Assembly: GCF_900105015.1 (NCBI RefSeq)
Contig: NZ_FNLK01000015.1
Span: forward strand, 60,001-92,000
Length of the DNA stretch: 32,000 nucleotides
DNA from: Schaalia meyeri
GTDB lineage: Bacteria > Actinomycetota > Actinomycetes > Actinomycetales > Actinomycetaceae
Direction of reading: 5' to 3'
Shown: positions 7,326 through 16,525 of the stretch, piece after piece
Layout: each line of letters starts with the position of its first letter
How positions within the stretch are numbered: the first letter of the stretch is position 1
The notes under the pieces: generated by a model
The model's database searches: none
Seen by the model: the letters and a program-made list of their open reading frames with translations, nothing else
What the model was told of the DNA's origin: nothing
Position numbers and translations under genes: made by a program

Positions 7326-8765
7326 ATGGTTAGCAGCCCGATGTACGAGCGGCTCATGCGGTTCGTGGAGGCAGCAAAGGCGAACGAATCGCTGGCGGCA
7401 TACGACGGCGAACACTCCACAGCGATGGACGCCATCAACGGCTCATCGGAGAGTATTCGACACCTCCGCGATTATCAGGGGTTCGAGGGAGCGGCCGGCA
7501 CGGCCATCAACGGCTGGCTTCAGCGCGCCGATAACCGCGTGGCCGGATGGCGGGCGTCCTTCCTCTCCGCCTCGCAGATTGAGGTGGAAATGCGTCGCGT
7601 TATGCGCCACGCTCGCGAGGAGGCCGAGCGTCTGTCCCCGGTGTTGGTGGATGCGCGCCTTGATTCTCTGCGTCAGATGGCCGAGGTGACGATCCCCGTG
7701 CTCAAGCAGTTCGGGATCTACGGCAAGCCGTTTAACGCCGTGGCGGCCACGGGCGCGGCCCTGTACGACGCGATCGCGGCGCAGGCCAATGCCCAGCGCG
7801 AGGCCAACGCCGCCGATATCCTGACCCGCCTCAACGAGGCCATGCAGGCCCTGGCCAACCTGGCCAGCAGGGTGGTGCAGGAGCAGCAAAAGCTGGTGGA
7901 TGACGACGCACGGTGGAGTCCTGGCAACCTGCCCCAACCCTCCTCGCCTGCGACGGTGCGCCAACTCGAAGACGGCTATAAGTGGGTGTCCCCTCACGAT
8001 CCGGGGATGTATCCGGGTGATCGGGATTCTGATTACGGGCGCAGCTCCTTGCGCAGCGCGAAATCGGGTCTGTATCCGGCCGGGTTCGATGACCCGGACG
8101 CGGAGGGCGCACGGATGCGGGACGCGTATAAGCTTCAGTCCCGGCGCATCCACAACCGCTTTAACACCGAGGGGCAGCCGGGAACGCGCACCAACCCGAT
8201 CACCAACCCCCAGGATCTGATGGATATCGACCTGTTGCATACCCGTGTCGGCGGGGACCGCCACACCAGGGGCACCATCGGCGGATACACCCCCGCTCCT
8301 CCCACCGACCGCGACCATCCCCTGTGGCGCATCAACGGTGGACCCGGATCGGACACGGCGGGCCACCTGGCCGGAGCCCTGGGCGCGGGTGCGCTCGGCG
8401 CGCGCGCCGCGGGCCGTATGGCCGCAGGCACCAACCTGCAGGCGGGAACCTACTCCGGTACCGGGTACGGCACCTACACCCCGCCTGGTGCCGACACGCC
8501 CGCGTCGGGTGCGGCAGGGTCTACCGCCGGGCGCGTCGGCATGGGCGGTTTCATGGGAGGTGCCGGAGCCGCCGGGGCCGGCGGGCTGGGCAAGGGCTCC
8601 AGGAAGGCGCGGCGGCGCACGTACGAGGCCTTCAAGTACGAAGATGACGTTGAGGACGATCTGCCCGAGGGTTACGTGAACCCCATGTCGCAGACCTACG
8701 GGTCGGACCAGGACATCGCTCCCGCACCCAGGAAAGACGACGGATGGGATCCTCGCCAATGGTGA
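7326..8765 (+). CDS. 479-aa protein: N-terminal helical domain, Pro/Gly-rich middle, Gly-zipper hydrophobic segment plus basic stop-transfer patch, acidic tail; function unknown
   Basis: N-terminal helices contain YQGFEGAAGTAINGW (WxG-like with F in place of W). GRVGMGGFMGGAGAAGAGGLGKGSRKARRR is followed by YEDDVEDDLPEGY. Its 3' end overlaps the S8 protease start by 7 nt. Confidence 0.7.
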   Translation: MVSSPMYERLMRFVEAAKANESLAAYDGEHSTAMDAINGSSESIRHLRDYQGFEGAAGTAINGWLQRADNRVAGWRASFLSASQIEVEMRRVMRHAREEAERLSPVLVDARLDSLRQMAEVTIPVLKQFGIYGKPFNAVAATGAALYDAIAAQANAQREANAADILTRLNEAMQALANLASRVVQEQQKLVDDDARWSPGNLPQPSSPATVRQLEDGYKWVSPHDPGMYPGDRDSDYGRSSLRSAKSGLYPAGFDDPDAEGARMRDAYKLQSRRIHNRFNTEGQPGTRTNPITNPQDLMDIDLLHTRVGGDRHTRGTIGGYTPAPPTDRDHPLWRINGGPGSDTAGHLAGALGAGALGARAAGRMAAGTNLQAGTYSGTGYGTYTPPGADTPASGAAGSTAGRVGMGGFMGGAGAAGAGGLGKGSRKARRRTYEAFKYEDDVEDDLPEGYVNPMSQTYGSDQDIAPAPRKDDGWDPRQW

Positions 8766-9946
8766 ACACCAACCACGCCCGCGCCCGTCGTGTGCGCGTG
8801 CGGGCCTGCGCCACCGCCCTGGCGGCCGCGGCTGCGGTTCTGCCCGTCGGCCCCGCTGCCGCTGCCGACACCATCACGGCGGCCGACCAGTCCTACTACG
8901 CCTACTACCACCTCGACCAAGCCAGAGCCAAGGGCTACACCGGCAAAGGCGTCACCATCGCCGTCTTGGATGGCGAAGTCGACGCCAGCGCCCCCGAACT
9001 GGCGGGCGCTACCGTCACCGATAAGACGCCGTGCACCGTCACATCATCGCTTCGATCAAAAAGCCACGGCACGGCCATGGCCTCGCTGCTGGTCTCCAAG
9101 AACTACGGCGTTGCCCCGGATGCACGCCTGCTCAGCTACCGCACGAGCTTCAGCTCGGCGGGCGATGAGTCTGGCAGTGATTGCATAGGAACGAACGGTG
9201 TTGGCGCTGTCAGCCCGACCTCGTTAATCAATCACGCGATTAATGATGGCGCGCAGATTATCAGCGTGTCGTCATCGAATACCCAGACCACTAAGTCCCT
9301 CAAGTGGGCAGTTGCTCGCGCAAACGCACGGGGGGTCATCATTGTCAGCCCCTCCGGTAACGACGCGACCGACGAAACAATTGACAGCTTCGGCAAGTGG
9401 TCCGGTGTCGTCAGCGTCAGCGCTATCGACACGAACGGCAAGCGAGCAGAATATTCCTCGTGGGGCAGGGGCGTTACCACCGCCGCGGTCGGCGGACCGA
9501 TGTTGGCCCGCAACTACGAAACAGGCAACAACGATCCCACAAACGGAACATCAAACTCAACCCCCCTCGTCGCCGGTTTCCTGGCCCTGGCCCGCCAAAA
9601 GTGGCCGGACGCCACCAGCAACCAGATCCTGCAGGTTCTGACGCACACGGGCCTGAGCGATCAGAGCGGTTGGAACAAGTACACGGGATACGGCGCGGTC
9701 GATGCGGGGGCCTTGGTGAACACGGATCCCTCCCAGTACCCCGACGAGAACCCCCTGGCGGACAAGGGCGGCGAGACCAGCCCCACACCCGCAGAAGTCC
9801 AGCAGTACGCAGATGGCCTGGTGGCCCCCACCGAAATCGCCTACGACGACTCCTACGCCTATCGAGGCACCGACGAGTCATACCTCGCTAACACGGACGT
9901 CGCCAACCCCATTCACATCGGAACCAGCCCCAGGTATCACCGATAA
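8759..9946 (+). CDS. Secreted subtilisin-like serine protease (peptidase S8)
   Basis: Signal peptide RARRVRVRACATALAAAAAVLPVGPAAAA. Catalytic triad contexts TIAVLDGEVD, SHGTAMASLL and GTSNSTPLVAGFLALA. ATG 8759 overlaps the upstream stop (AATGGTGA). No C-terminal TM or LPXTG. Confidence 0.9.
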   Translation: MVNTNHARARRVRVRACATALAAAAAVLPVGPAAAADTITAADQSYYAYYHLDQARAKGYTGKGVTIAVLDGEVDASAPELAGATVTDKTPCTVTSSLRSKSHGTAMASLLVSKNYGVAPDARLLSYRTSFSSAGDESGSDCIGTNGVGAVSPTSLINHAINDGAQIISVSSSNTQTTKSLKWAVARANARGVIIVSPSGNDATDETIDSFGKWSGVVSVSAIDTNGKRAEYSSWGRGVTTAAVGGPMLARNYETGNNDPTNGTSNSTPLVAGFLALARQKWPDATSNQILQVLTHTGLSDQSGWNKYTGYGAVDAGALVNTDPSQYPDENPLADKGGETSPTPAEVQQYADGLVAPTEIAYDDSYAYRGTDESYLANTDVANPIHIGTSPRYHR

Positions 9947-10008
9947 TCGTCATCGCAGGAACACCCGTATCAGTCGACCAGCTCATTGTTCGTATCGACC
10001 GGGCCCGT

Positions 10009-10033
10009 TGAGGGCTTTCGACTCAAGCCCTCA
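10009..10033 (+). terminator. Weak hairpin downstream of the S8 protease gene
   Basis: TGAGGGC / GCCCTCA 7-bp stem with 11-nt loop; no T-tract. Confidence 0.25.
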
Positions 10034-10211
10034 CTGTAGCCGCGCTGGCGCGGGCTGCGTCGCATGAAGCGTACGTACGAGGCCGCCCTGGCCCCGTAAC
10101 CTTCCCTCGAATCTGGCACGGGGCCGCGAGTCCATGGGCCGTCAGCTCGCCGTCATGCATGATTTCGGAGATCACGGATGGGGACCGGCGAAGGGGGCGC
10201 AAGATCAAGCG

Positions 10212-10688
10212 TCAGCGCGATACCGCTCGAGAGGTCAGCGCAACGATAGCGGATACGACCACCGTTATTACGCCGACCGGAAGCGCGTACAAGACAAGGA
10301 ACACCCACAGCCACCACAGGCCGTCCCCGCCATCGCCGTGGTCTCCGGGAATGGCGGAAATGATGAGGAAGGCAAGCACCGGCGAAGCGCTCAAGAGTAG
10401 CCCCACGATGAACATAACGAGTGCCGCCGTGTTCTTTGAGCGACGCTGCACCGGCATGCCCCCGGCGTACCCGTACGCACCCATCGGCGGGTACCCCGGC
10501 ACCCCGGTGTTCGTGTTCTGGTATCCCCACCCCGCTTGCACCCCGGGCTGCGCCCCCTGGAAGTACGGTGCCTGAGACTGCACCGCTCCCGGGTACGCCT
10601 CACCGACCGGCTGAGCCGAGTATCCCTGGCAGGAATTCGATCCCGGATAGGGAACGGGGTTATCGGGTGCACCCATGGAATCCTCCAT
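10212..10688 (-). CDS. Membrane protein with Pro/Gly/Tyr/Gln-rich N-terminal region and two TM helices joined by a PGDHGDGGDGLWW loop
   Basis: 158-aa ORF with TMs AALVMFIVGLLLSASPVLAFLIISAI and WWLWVFLVLYALPVGVITVVVSAIVAL. A paralogous core is found at 11607..11867. Confidence 0.65.
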   Translation of the reverse strand: MEDSMGAPDNPVPYPGSNSCQGYSAQPVGEAYPGAVQSQAPYFQGAQPGVQAGWGYQNTNTGVPGYPPMGAYGYAGGMPVQRRSKNTAALVMFIVGLLLSASPVLAFLIISAIPGDHGDGGDGLWWLWVFLVLYALPVGVITVVVSAIVALTSRAVSR

Positions 10689-10746
10689 CCGATAGTTACG
10701 TCAAACCGTGAGACTATCGGATGGGCACCGCCGCCGCAAGGCGCCC

Positions 10747-11610
10747 TCACCCGAGGAGCGAGCGCAGCACCTGGGCAACCCCGGCCTCGTTGTTAGAGGG
10801 CGCGACGAAGCGTGCGGCCCGGACGACGTCGGGCGAGGCGTTGGCCATCGCGAAGGACAGGTCACCCTGGCTCATCATGGACAGGTCATTTCCGGCATCC
10901 CCGAAGACTGCGGTCTGGGACCGATCGACGCCGAGGAAGCGCTGGAGCTCGCGCACGGCCCGGCCCTTATCGACGCCACGGATCTGCAGGTCCGCCCAGT
11001 TCGCCCCCGAAATCGCGTACTGGTGAGTGTCGGCGAAACGAGACAGCGTTGCCTCCGCGAGCGCATTGACCGGCTCGAGGGCGTAGACGGCAAGCTTGAC
11101 GATCGCGTCATCGAGCGCGCCCGATTCGATGGCGTCGACCACGGCAATCTGATCGTTGACGCGCTTGGTGCGGTGATAGTAGGGCATCACGCCATCAACG
11201 AAGCGGTCGTCGGTTCGCTCAACGTAGGCGGATTGCTTCCCGCACAGGACCAGGCCGCCGTCGATCGCCCCTGGCCCGGACGTGGCCTGACGCACCAGGC
11301 GGACGGCCTCGCGCATGGTGGGGGCGTCGAGCGGGCTGGAAGATACCTCGACCCCATCGCGCATGACGATCGCCCCGTTTTCGCCGATGGCGGTCATGCC
11401 GGGGCGTCCGGGAAACATATCGAGCAGGGTCCACACCTGACGGCCGGACGCGGGCGCGAAGGTGACGCCGCGCGCGTCCATCCGGTCGAGCAGCTCGTCC
11501 ATTCCGGGCGGGAAGTTCTTGTCATCATCCAGGAGGGTACCGTCCATATCGACGGCGGCCAGCCGCAGGTCGGCGCCCGCGTAGCGCGCGGGGTCGGTGG
11601 GGGTGTTCAT
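10747..11610 (-). CDS. Cof-type HAD-IIB family hydrolase (sugar-phosphatase-like)
   Basis: Motif I AAVDMDGTLL, motif II FAPASGR, motif IV VFGDAGNDLSMM, and C-terminal ...APSNNEAGVAQVL. Confidence 0.9.
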   Translation of the reverse strand: MNTPTDPARYAGADLRLAAVDMDGTLLDDDKNFPPGMDELLDRMDARGVTFAPASGRQVWTLLDMFPGRPGMTAIGENGAIVMRDGVEVSSSPLDAPTMREAVRLVRQATSGPGAIDGGLVLCGKQSAYVERTDDRFVDGVMPYYHRTKRVNDQIAVVDAIESGALDDAIVKLAVYALEPVNALAEATLSRFADTHQYAISGANWADLQIRGVDKGRAVRELQRFLGVDRSQTAVFGDAGNDLSMMSQGDLSFAMANASPDVVRAARFVAPSNNEAGVAQVLRSLLG

Positions 11611-11867
11611 GCCTCCATTGTGCCCGACGCGCGAGCGCGGCGCTCACGCCCACGCGCGAGGCCGGGCCTCCTTTCCGGAATGACACCCGCGAGCGGGCGG
11701 CCCGGGAGCACGGTAACGATCAGGAGGATTCCTGACACCCAGTACAAGCCATCGCCATTATCGGTATGATCCCCCGGCGTTAAATCGATGAGGAACGTAG
11801 CGATGTCCGGAGTGCTGAGGAGGAGCACGCCGATTCCCCCAAATATGATCCACAGCTTGGGCTGCAT
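11607..11867 (-). CDS. Short paralogue of the 10212..10688 membrane protein (possibly truncated or frameshifted at the 3' end)
   Basis: MQPKLWIIFGGIGVLLLSTPDIATFLIDLTPGDHTDNGDGLYWVSGILLIVTVLP aligns with FLIISAIPGDHGDGGDGLWWLWVFLVLYALP. The tail turns Arg-rich and overlaps the HAD start by 4 nt. An alternative upstream start lies at 11909. Confidence 0.45.
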   Translation of the reverse strand: MQPKLWIIFGGIGVLLLSTPDIATFLIDLTPGDHTDNGDGLYWVSGILLIVTVLPGRPLAGVIPERRPGLARGRERRARASGTMEA

Positions 11868-11980
11868 TCGGCCCGCCGACGCCTGGAACTGGCTGCGGTA
11901 TCCCCGCATCTGGCACCCGGCCGTGCAGTGTCCCAGGGTGGTTGTTCATCGTCGCACCCCCTCTCCCCAAGCGATCAGGT

Positions 11981-12301
11981 TCAGGCCCACCACCACAGCG
12001 CGACGGCCACGACGGCGAGCACGGGAACGACCAGCGCGACCACCCGCGAGCCCCGACGCCCCTTCGCCTGCCAGGGGGAACGCGCGGAAGCGGACAGCGC
12101 AAAGATCTCCTCGTCCAGCTCGGCGCGCGCACGGGCGGACTGGCGCGGGGCGGGCGGGTACGAGGGCGGCGCGGGGCGGCGGCGACGCGCGCGGGGCCTG
12201 GCGACCCGCGCTCCTCGCGCGGCTCCGCCGACTCCCCCCGCGTGAGAGTACTGGGAAGACGAGCGATACACGTTTTCTCCATCGAAGTCATACGACCACA
12301 A
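11981..12301 (-). CDS. Possible small tail-anchored protein (106 aa); weakly supported
   Basis: The C-terminal hydrophobic segment VVALVVPVLAVVAVALWWWA is preceded by a basic patch. The region is so GC-rich that several frames stay open, so codon position bias is not discriminating by eye. Confidence 0.3.
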   Translation of the reverse strand: MWSYDFDGENVYRSSSQYSHAGGVGGAARGARVARPRARRRRPAPPSYPPAPRQSARARAELDEEIFALSASARSPWQAKGRRGSRVVALVVPVLAVVAVALWWWA

Positions 12302-12376
12302 ACAGCGTCATCCTAACATTCATCAGGAGCTAATCATAGGCTTTTGGCCGATTAATTCCCTCGAATTATGCGCCAG

Positions 12377-12412
12377 GGCCCCGGCCTCGCCGATAGGGGC
12401 CAGGCCGGGGCC
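12377..12412 (-). terminator. GC-rich hairpin downstream of the FtsX/ABC operon
   Basis: GGCCCCGGCC (12377-12386) / GGCCGGGGCC (12403-12412) form a 10-bp perfect stem with a 16-nt loop, ~35 nt after the permease stop. No T-tract. Confidence 0.4.
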
Positions 12413-12445
12413 GCGCACGCTCACGGGACGGATGGGGCCGCTCCC

Positions 12446-13816
12446 CTATTCACGCCCCTCGCGCATGTTCGCCAGGATGCGGCGGCGCAGGGGAACGGTT
12501 GCCTCGGAGGCAGCGACAATGATGAGGACACCCACGAGCGCCGCGGCGATGGCCGCGACAAACCCCGCGACCGCACCCGACATGATCATCGGGGACATGA
12601 ACAGCATGCCCAGCAGCATCGCGCCCCCCACCATCACGAAGGCGGGAACAGCAACCTCCAGGCGGCGGCTGCGATCCATGAAGCCCCGCGGGGAACCCAT
12701 GTAGGACAGGGCGCGCATCTGCTCCGCGGAGTCGATGACGCGGATCGACTGGTTGACGGCCGTCGACACGGCACCCAGGGCCAGGGTGATCGCGAAGGTC
12801 ACCATCATGCCGCGCTGAATGTCGCCGGTCACGATGCGGGCAACCTCGTCCATGGCCGTGTCGCCGGACGTCGACACCGCTCCGCTCACCGGCAACAGCA
12901 CACCCACCATGAAGCCAACCAGGGCCACCGCCCCGAAGGAGCGCCACACGCTGCGCGGGTCGTCTGCCAGGCGCCTGCCCGCCACCATCATCTGCGGGCT
13001 GCGCGAAGCGCCCGCCATGATGCGTCCCATCACGCTGATCGACCAGACGCCCAACAGGTTCACGACTAGGAAGATCGCGCCCAGGAATCCCATGAAAATC
13101 GCCATTCCGATCGCGGCACCCAGATTCATGGCGAAGCCACCCACAACGAGCCACGCGACCAGGAGAACCAGCCCCAGGATTGGCCCCAAAGCGCTCACCT
13201 GCCCGGTGTGGGACCGCCGCGCCACACCCAGGGGGGTGATCGCGACCTTGCGCATCGCCAGCCACGAGGAGAGCGCGGCCAGGAGGATCATGGCGACAGC
13301 CTCGGCCAGGAGCACCACGACTCCCACCCACATCTCGCCGACACCCATCGGGCGGCCCTGGAACGATAGCGCACCCCACGCGGGCAGCGTCACCGCGTAC
13401 AGGATCGAACCGGCGACAACGCCGACGGCCGCAAAAACACAGGTCTCGACGATGCACGCCAGCTTCGTCTGGGCGGGTGCCAGGCCCACCAGCCGCAGCA
13501 CGGCGAGGTCACGTTCGCGCCTGCTCATGCCCAGGCGCGCAGCTGCCGCACCCATCGAGATGATCGGGACGATCATCAGTGTGGCCGCGAAGAAGGCCAA
13601 CGGGACATACATGCTCGTCGCGCCCTCAATGGTGGTCGGGTCTTCGCCCAGGCCGCTCGCCATCGCCGCCTCGGTACGCGACATGAACGCCATCACTCCG
13701 CCCGTCACCGCCAACAGTGCCGCGTGCGGCAAGGCGAAAGCGGCGACCGTCAGAACGGAGGTCGCACGGTCGCGGGATCGTAGCAGCGCCTCAGCCGTGG
13801 TGCGCACCGCACTCAT
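12446..13816 (-). CDS. ABC transporter permease, FtsX-like family
   Basis: 456 aa and multi-TM throughout. ATGA overlap with the upstream ATPase gene. Typical partner of MacB/LolD-type ATPases. Confidence 0.8.
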   Translation of the reverse strand: MSAVRTTAEALLRSRDRATSVLTVAAFALPHAALLAVTGGVMAFMSRTEAAMASGLGEDPTTIEGATSMYVPLAFFAATLMIVPIISMGAAAARLGMSRRERDLAVLRLVGLAPAQTKLACIVETCVFAAVGVVAGSILYAVTLPAWGALSFQGRPMGVGEMWVGVVVLLAEAVAMILLAALSSWLAMRKVAITPLGVARRSHTGQVSALGPILGLVLLVAWLVVGGFAMNLGAAIGMAIFMGFLGAIFLVVNLLGVWSISVMGRIMAGASRSPQMMVAGRRLADDPRSVWRSFGAVALVGFMVGVLLPVSGAVSTSGDTAMDEVARIVTGDIQRGMMVTFAITLALGAVSTAVNQSIRVIDSAEQMRALSYMGSPRGFMDRSRRLEVAVPAFVMVGGAMLLGMLFMSPMIMSGAVAGFVAAIAAALVGVLIIVAASEATVPLRRRILANMREGRE

Positions 13817-14598
13817 GACAGGACCCCCTGACGCACGGCGCCGCCCCCCACGGGGGCACCCGGGATTCTTTCCGGCGAGGCGGAGGCCGGCTTCTGGGGC
13901 CCAGCGCCCGGGCCCGTCAGGAAGACGCGGCCATCACGCACGTGAATCGTGTGGGGCAGCCGGCCGGCTACCGCCGGATCGTGGGTGACCAGAACCAGCG
14001 ACGCCCCCGTCGACGCGCACGCGCTGGTCAGCAGGGACATGACCTCCCCGCCGGTCGCCTGGTCGAGGGCACCCGTCGGCTCGTCCGCGAAGATCACCGA
14101 CGGGTTCGTCGCCAGCGCGCGGCCGATCGCGACGCGCTGCGCCTGTCCGCCCGAGAGCTGTCCGGGCCGGTACGGGCCGGCACCGTCCAGGCCCAGGTTC
14201 CTCAGGATCTCCCGGGCGCGAGCAACAGCCTGAGTTTTGGGTGTGCCCGACAGCATGAGGGGCATCGCAATGTTCTCCTCCGTGGGCAGCTCCGGCAGCA
14301 GCTGGCCGTCCTGGAAGACGAAACCGAACCGCCGCAGGCGCAGGTCCGACAGGCCCTTCTCCGACATAGCCGTCATTTCCTGGCCGTCGAGGGTGATAGA
14401 CCCAGAGCTGGGGCGCAGGACGCCCGCCAGGCAGTGCAGGAGTGTCGTCTTGCCAGAGCCGGAGGGCCCCATGATCGCCACCTGCGTCCCCTGCGGCAGC
14501 GTCAGATCGACCCCGGCCAGCGCGTGGACGGGCATCTGCCCGCGCATGTATGTCTTCGTCAGTGCTCGGGTCACCAGACCCGCCGTGTTGTGTGTCAT
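13813..14598 (-). CDS. ABC transporter ATP-binding protein (MacB/LolD-like)
   Basis: Walker A GPSGSGKTT, Q-loop, signature LSGGQAQRVAIGRAL, Walker B VIFADEPTGALD, and H-loop VLVTHD. Start is either ATG 14598 or 14625. Confidence 0.9.
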   Translation of the reverse strand: MTHNTAGLVTRALTKTYMRGQMPVHALAGVDLTLPQGTQVAIMGPSGSGKTTLLHCLAGVLRPSSGSITLDGQEMTAMSEKGLSDLRLRRFGFVFQDGQLLPELPTEENIAMPLMLSGTPKTQAVARAREILRNLGLDGAGPYRPGQLSGGQAQRVAIGRALATNPSVIFADEPTGALDQATGGEVMSLLTSACASTGASLVLVTHDPAVAGRLPHTIHVRDGRVFLTGPGAGPQKPASASPERIPGAPVGGGAVRQGVLS

Positions 14599-15050
14599 GA
14601 TTCGACAGTAGGACCGACGCGGCATGCATTTCTATGGGGGTCCGCCCGGGTCGGCCCCTGAGAGGTCCCCGATTCGCCGCTGCGGTGCCACGACCTCGCC
14701 GCCGGGCTTGCCTCCAGGGTCTTGGTCATGGGGCATGTTCGCAGAACGGCCGTCGTCGTGCGGATAGGGAAGTATACGGCTGGATTGGTACTGCGCTCGC
14801 GGGTAGCCTACTAGCCGATCTGCGAGCCCATCACCTGCCCACTATCCGCGTAGGGCATCGTGGGGCTCGCGCCCGGCCGATGCCTCGTAGTGGCGATCGA
14901 CAGCTTCGCCGCGACTGTGACTGACGAGCCTGCCGAACTCCGATGACCAACTACGTGCGCCACCGCACCAGGGCGACATAGGATACTCAGCAAGGGTGTG
15001 AGCGTTTGCCCTCGCGCCCTAGAGCAGTCCCACAGGAGGGAGTCACCAAC

Positions 15051-15665
15051 ATGTCCGCTGTTTCTCATCGAGAACGCAATGATCTCCGGGTTCTTGGAGT
15101 TGTCTGCACGATTCTTGCCGCCCTCTCCCTCTCGTCGTGCGCAAGCATGCACATCCCGTCCGTGGTGGGACTCAGTCTCCCCCGCGCGGTGAAGGCGCTC
15201 GAGGAAGCGGGTTTCAGGCAGATCACAGCACTTGATGGAAGGGGGCTCACGATATCCCAGTCGAGCTACGCCGACGGCTATACGGTTACCGCCCAAGATC
15301 CGAATGGCTCGAAGAACACCGACCCTTCGACGTCGGTTACGCTCACCGCCACCAAGGATCCCGCCCCTACTCCGTCACCAACGCGCACGGCACCGTCCGC
15401 ACGCACGACGCCAACTCCAATACCGACACAGACACCCCCTCGCCCCTCACCAACTCCACCCCCCGCGCCCGCTGCTCCCCCTGCTGCCCCAATCCCCCAG
15501 GAAACGACCGAAGCACGGGAGTCGACACCCGCACGAGAATCCGGGGGAACGTACTACAAGAACTGCACCGAAGCACGCCGAGCCGGTGCTGCTCCCATCT
15601 ATCGGGGCGAGCCGGGTTATCGCTCTCAACTCGATCGCGACAACGACGGGGTCGCCTGCGAGTGA
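15051..15665 (+). CDS. Lipoprotein with one PASTA domain, Pro/Thr-rich linker and C-terminal Excalibur calcium-binding domain
   Basis: AGGAGGG (15034-15040) lies before ATG 15051. Lipobox LSLSSC. PASTA-like IPSVVGLSLPRAVKALEEAGF...VTLTATK. Excalibur motif YKNCTEARRAGAAPIYRGEPGYRSQLDRDNDGVACE. Confidence 0.8.
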   Translation: MSAVSHRERNDLRVLGVVCTILAALSLSSCASMHIPSVVGLSLPRAVKALEEAGFRQITALDGRGLTISQSSYADGYTVTAQDPNGSKNTDPSTSVTLTATKDPAPTPSPTRTAPSARTTPTPIPTQTPPRPSPTPPPAPAAPPAAPIPQETTEARESTPARESGGTYYKNCTEARRAGAAPIYRGEPGYRSQLDRDNDGVACE

Positions 15666-16109
15666 CAGCGCATACCGCCTGCGACGCTTTCGTTCCCACG
15701 GTCGCCGCCCGACTGTCACCGCCCTTCCCTCCCTGACAGCGAAACCGGCACCGCCCCTGCACCGGATCGGCATCACCGAATTGAAACCCGTGTCACCCCT
15801 GCTCCGCGTCAGAAAGCTCATATGGGCGCTTTCGACCGAGCGGGGGCGGCCACGGTTTCACAGCGACCCAGGAGCTCCACAACACGGCACCCGAGAGTCC
15901 ACCCGGACCAGAGCCGCACGGGAGCCGCCGGCGATGAACGTGGGACATTCACGCATGACCCGTCTCATGGCCACACGGGAGTCACCGGCGATACACTCCT
16001 GCGCTCTCTGCATGTGCCTTTCCACCCCAAGGCCTGCTGGGACCTGCGGCGATAGGATTGCAGCACCCGCCCGGACAGGCGGGCGGAACCACAACTCAAG
16101 GAGGACCGT

Positions 16110-16262
16110 ATGGGTCTGGAAGACCTGACCAAGAAGGCCGAAGAGGGCTTCGAGAAGGTCAAGGAGACCGTCGGCGAGGAAAACGTCGACAAGGCTGTCG
16201 AGGCCGCGAAGGAGAAGGCGACCGAAGTCGCCTCCGACCTGAAGGACAAGTTCACCCAGTGA
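16110..16262 (+). CDS. 50-aa Lys/Glu-rich helical protein (CsbD-like or Rv0909-type small stress protein); not in the ORF track because it is under 60 aa
   Basis: AAGGAGG (16098-16104) lies before ATG 16110. Sequence is MGLEDLTKKAEEGFEKVKETVGEENVDKAVEAAKEKATEVASDLKDKFTQ, stop TGA 16260-16262, followed directly by a hairpin. Confidence 0.65.
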   Translation: MGLEDLTKKAEEGFEKVKETVGEENVDKAVEAAKEKATEVASDLKDKFTQ

Positions 16263-16269
16263 ACGCCCC

Positions 16270-16301
16270 TGTGGGGCCGGGACCGTAGCGATCCCGGCCC
16301 C
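16270..16301 (+). terminator. Hairpin copy A (TGTGGGGCCGGGACCGTAGCGATCCCGGCCCC), terminator-like; 31/32 identical to copy B at 17396
   Basis: 12-bp stem GGGGCCGGGA(C)C / GATCCCGGCCCC with one mismatch and a 5-nt loop. Starts 8 nt after the stop of the small gene. Confidence 0.6.
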
Positions 16302-16525
16302 ACCCCTTCCCCGTAGCCGCCGCATCCAACGCCGCGACATAAACAGACCTGTCGCCTAAGTCGTCACGCAACCGGACGGCATGAGCACCAAAACGAGCGA
16401 TAGACACATAGGCACATGTCATGGATCACCCATACTTGTGCAACAAGCCTCCCCCCATCTTTCCTCATCGTTGCTACAGTAAACATTGCGTACGGATAAC
16501 ATACGTACAAATGAGAGAGATACCG

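Noticed and set aside
14626-15050. A ~420-bp gap containing an 8-bp inverted repeat (GCGGATAG at 14761 / CTATCCGC at 14842) and the ORFs 14634..14924 + and 14811..15296 -; possible small RNA or gene.
   Set aside because: The arms are short and far apart (~73 nt) and the ORF translations are implausible. I cannot distinguish this region from a simple divergent promoter/spacer without a covariance-model scan or transcript data.
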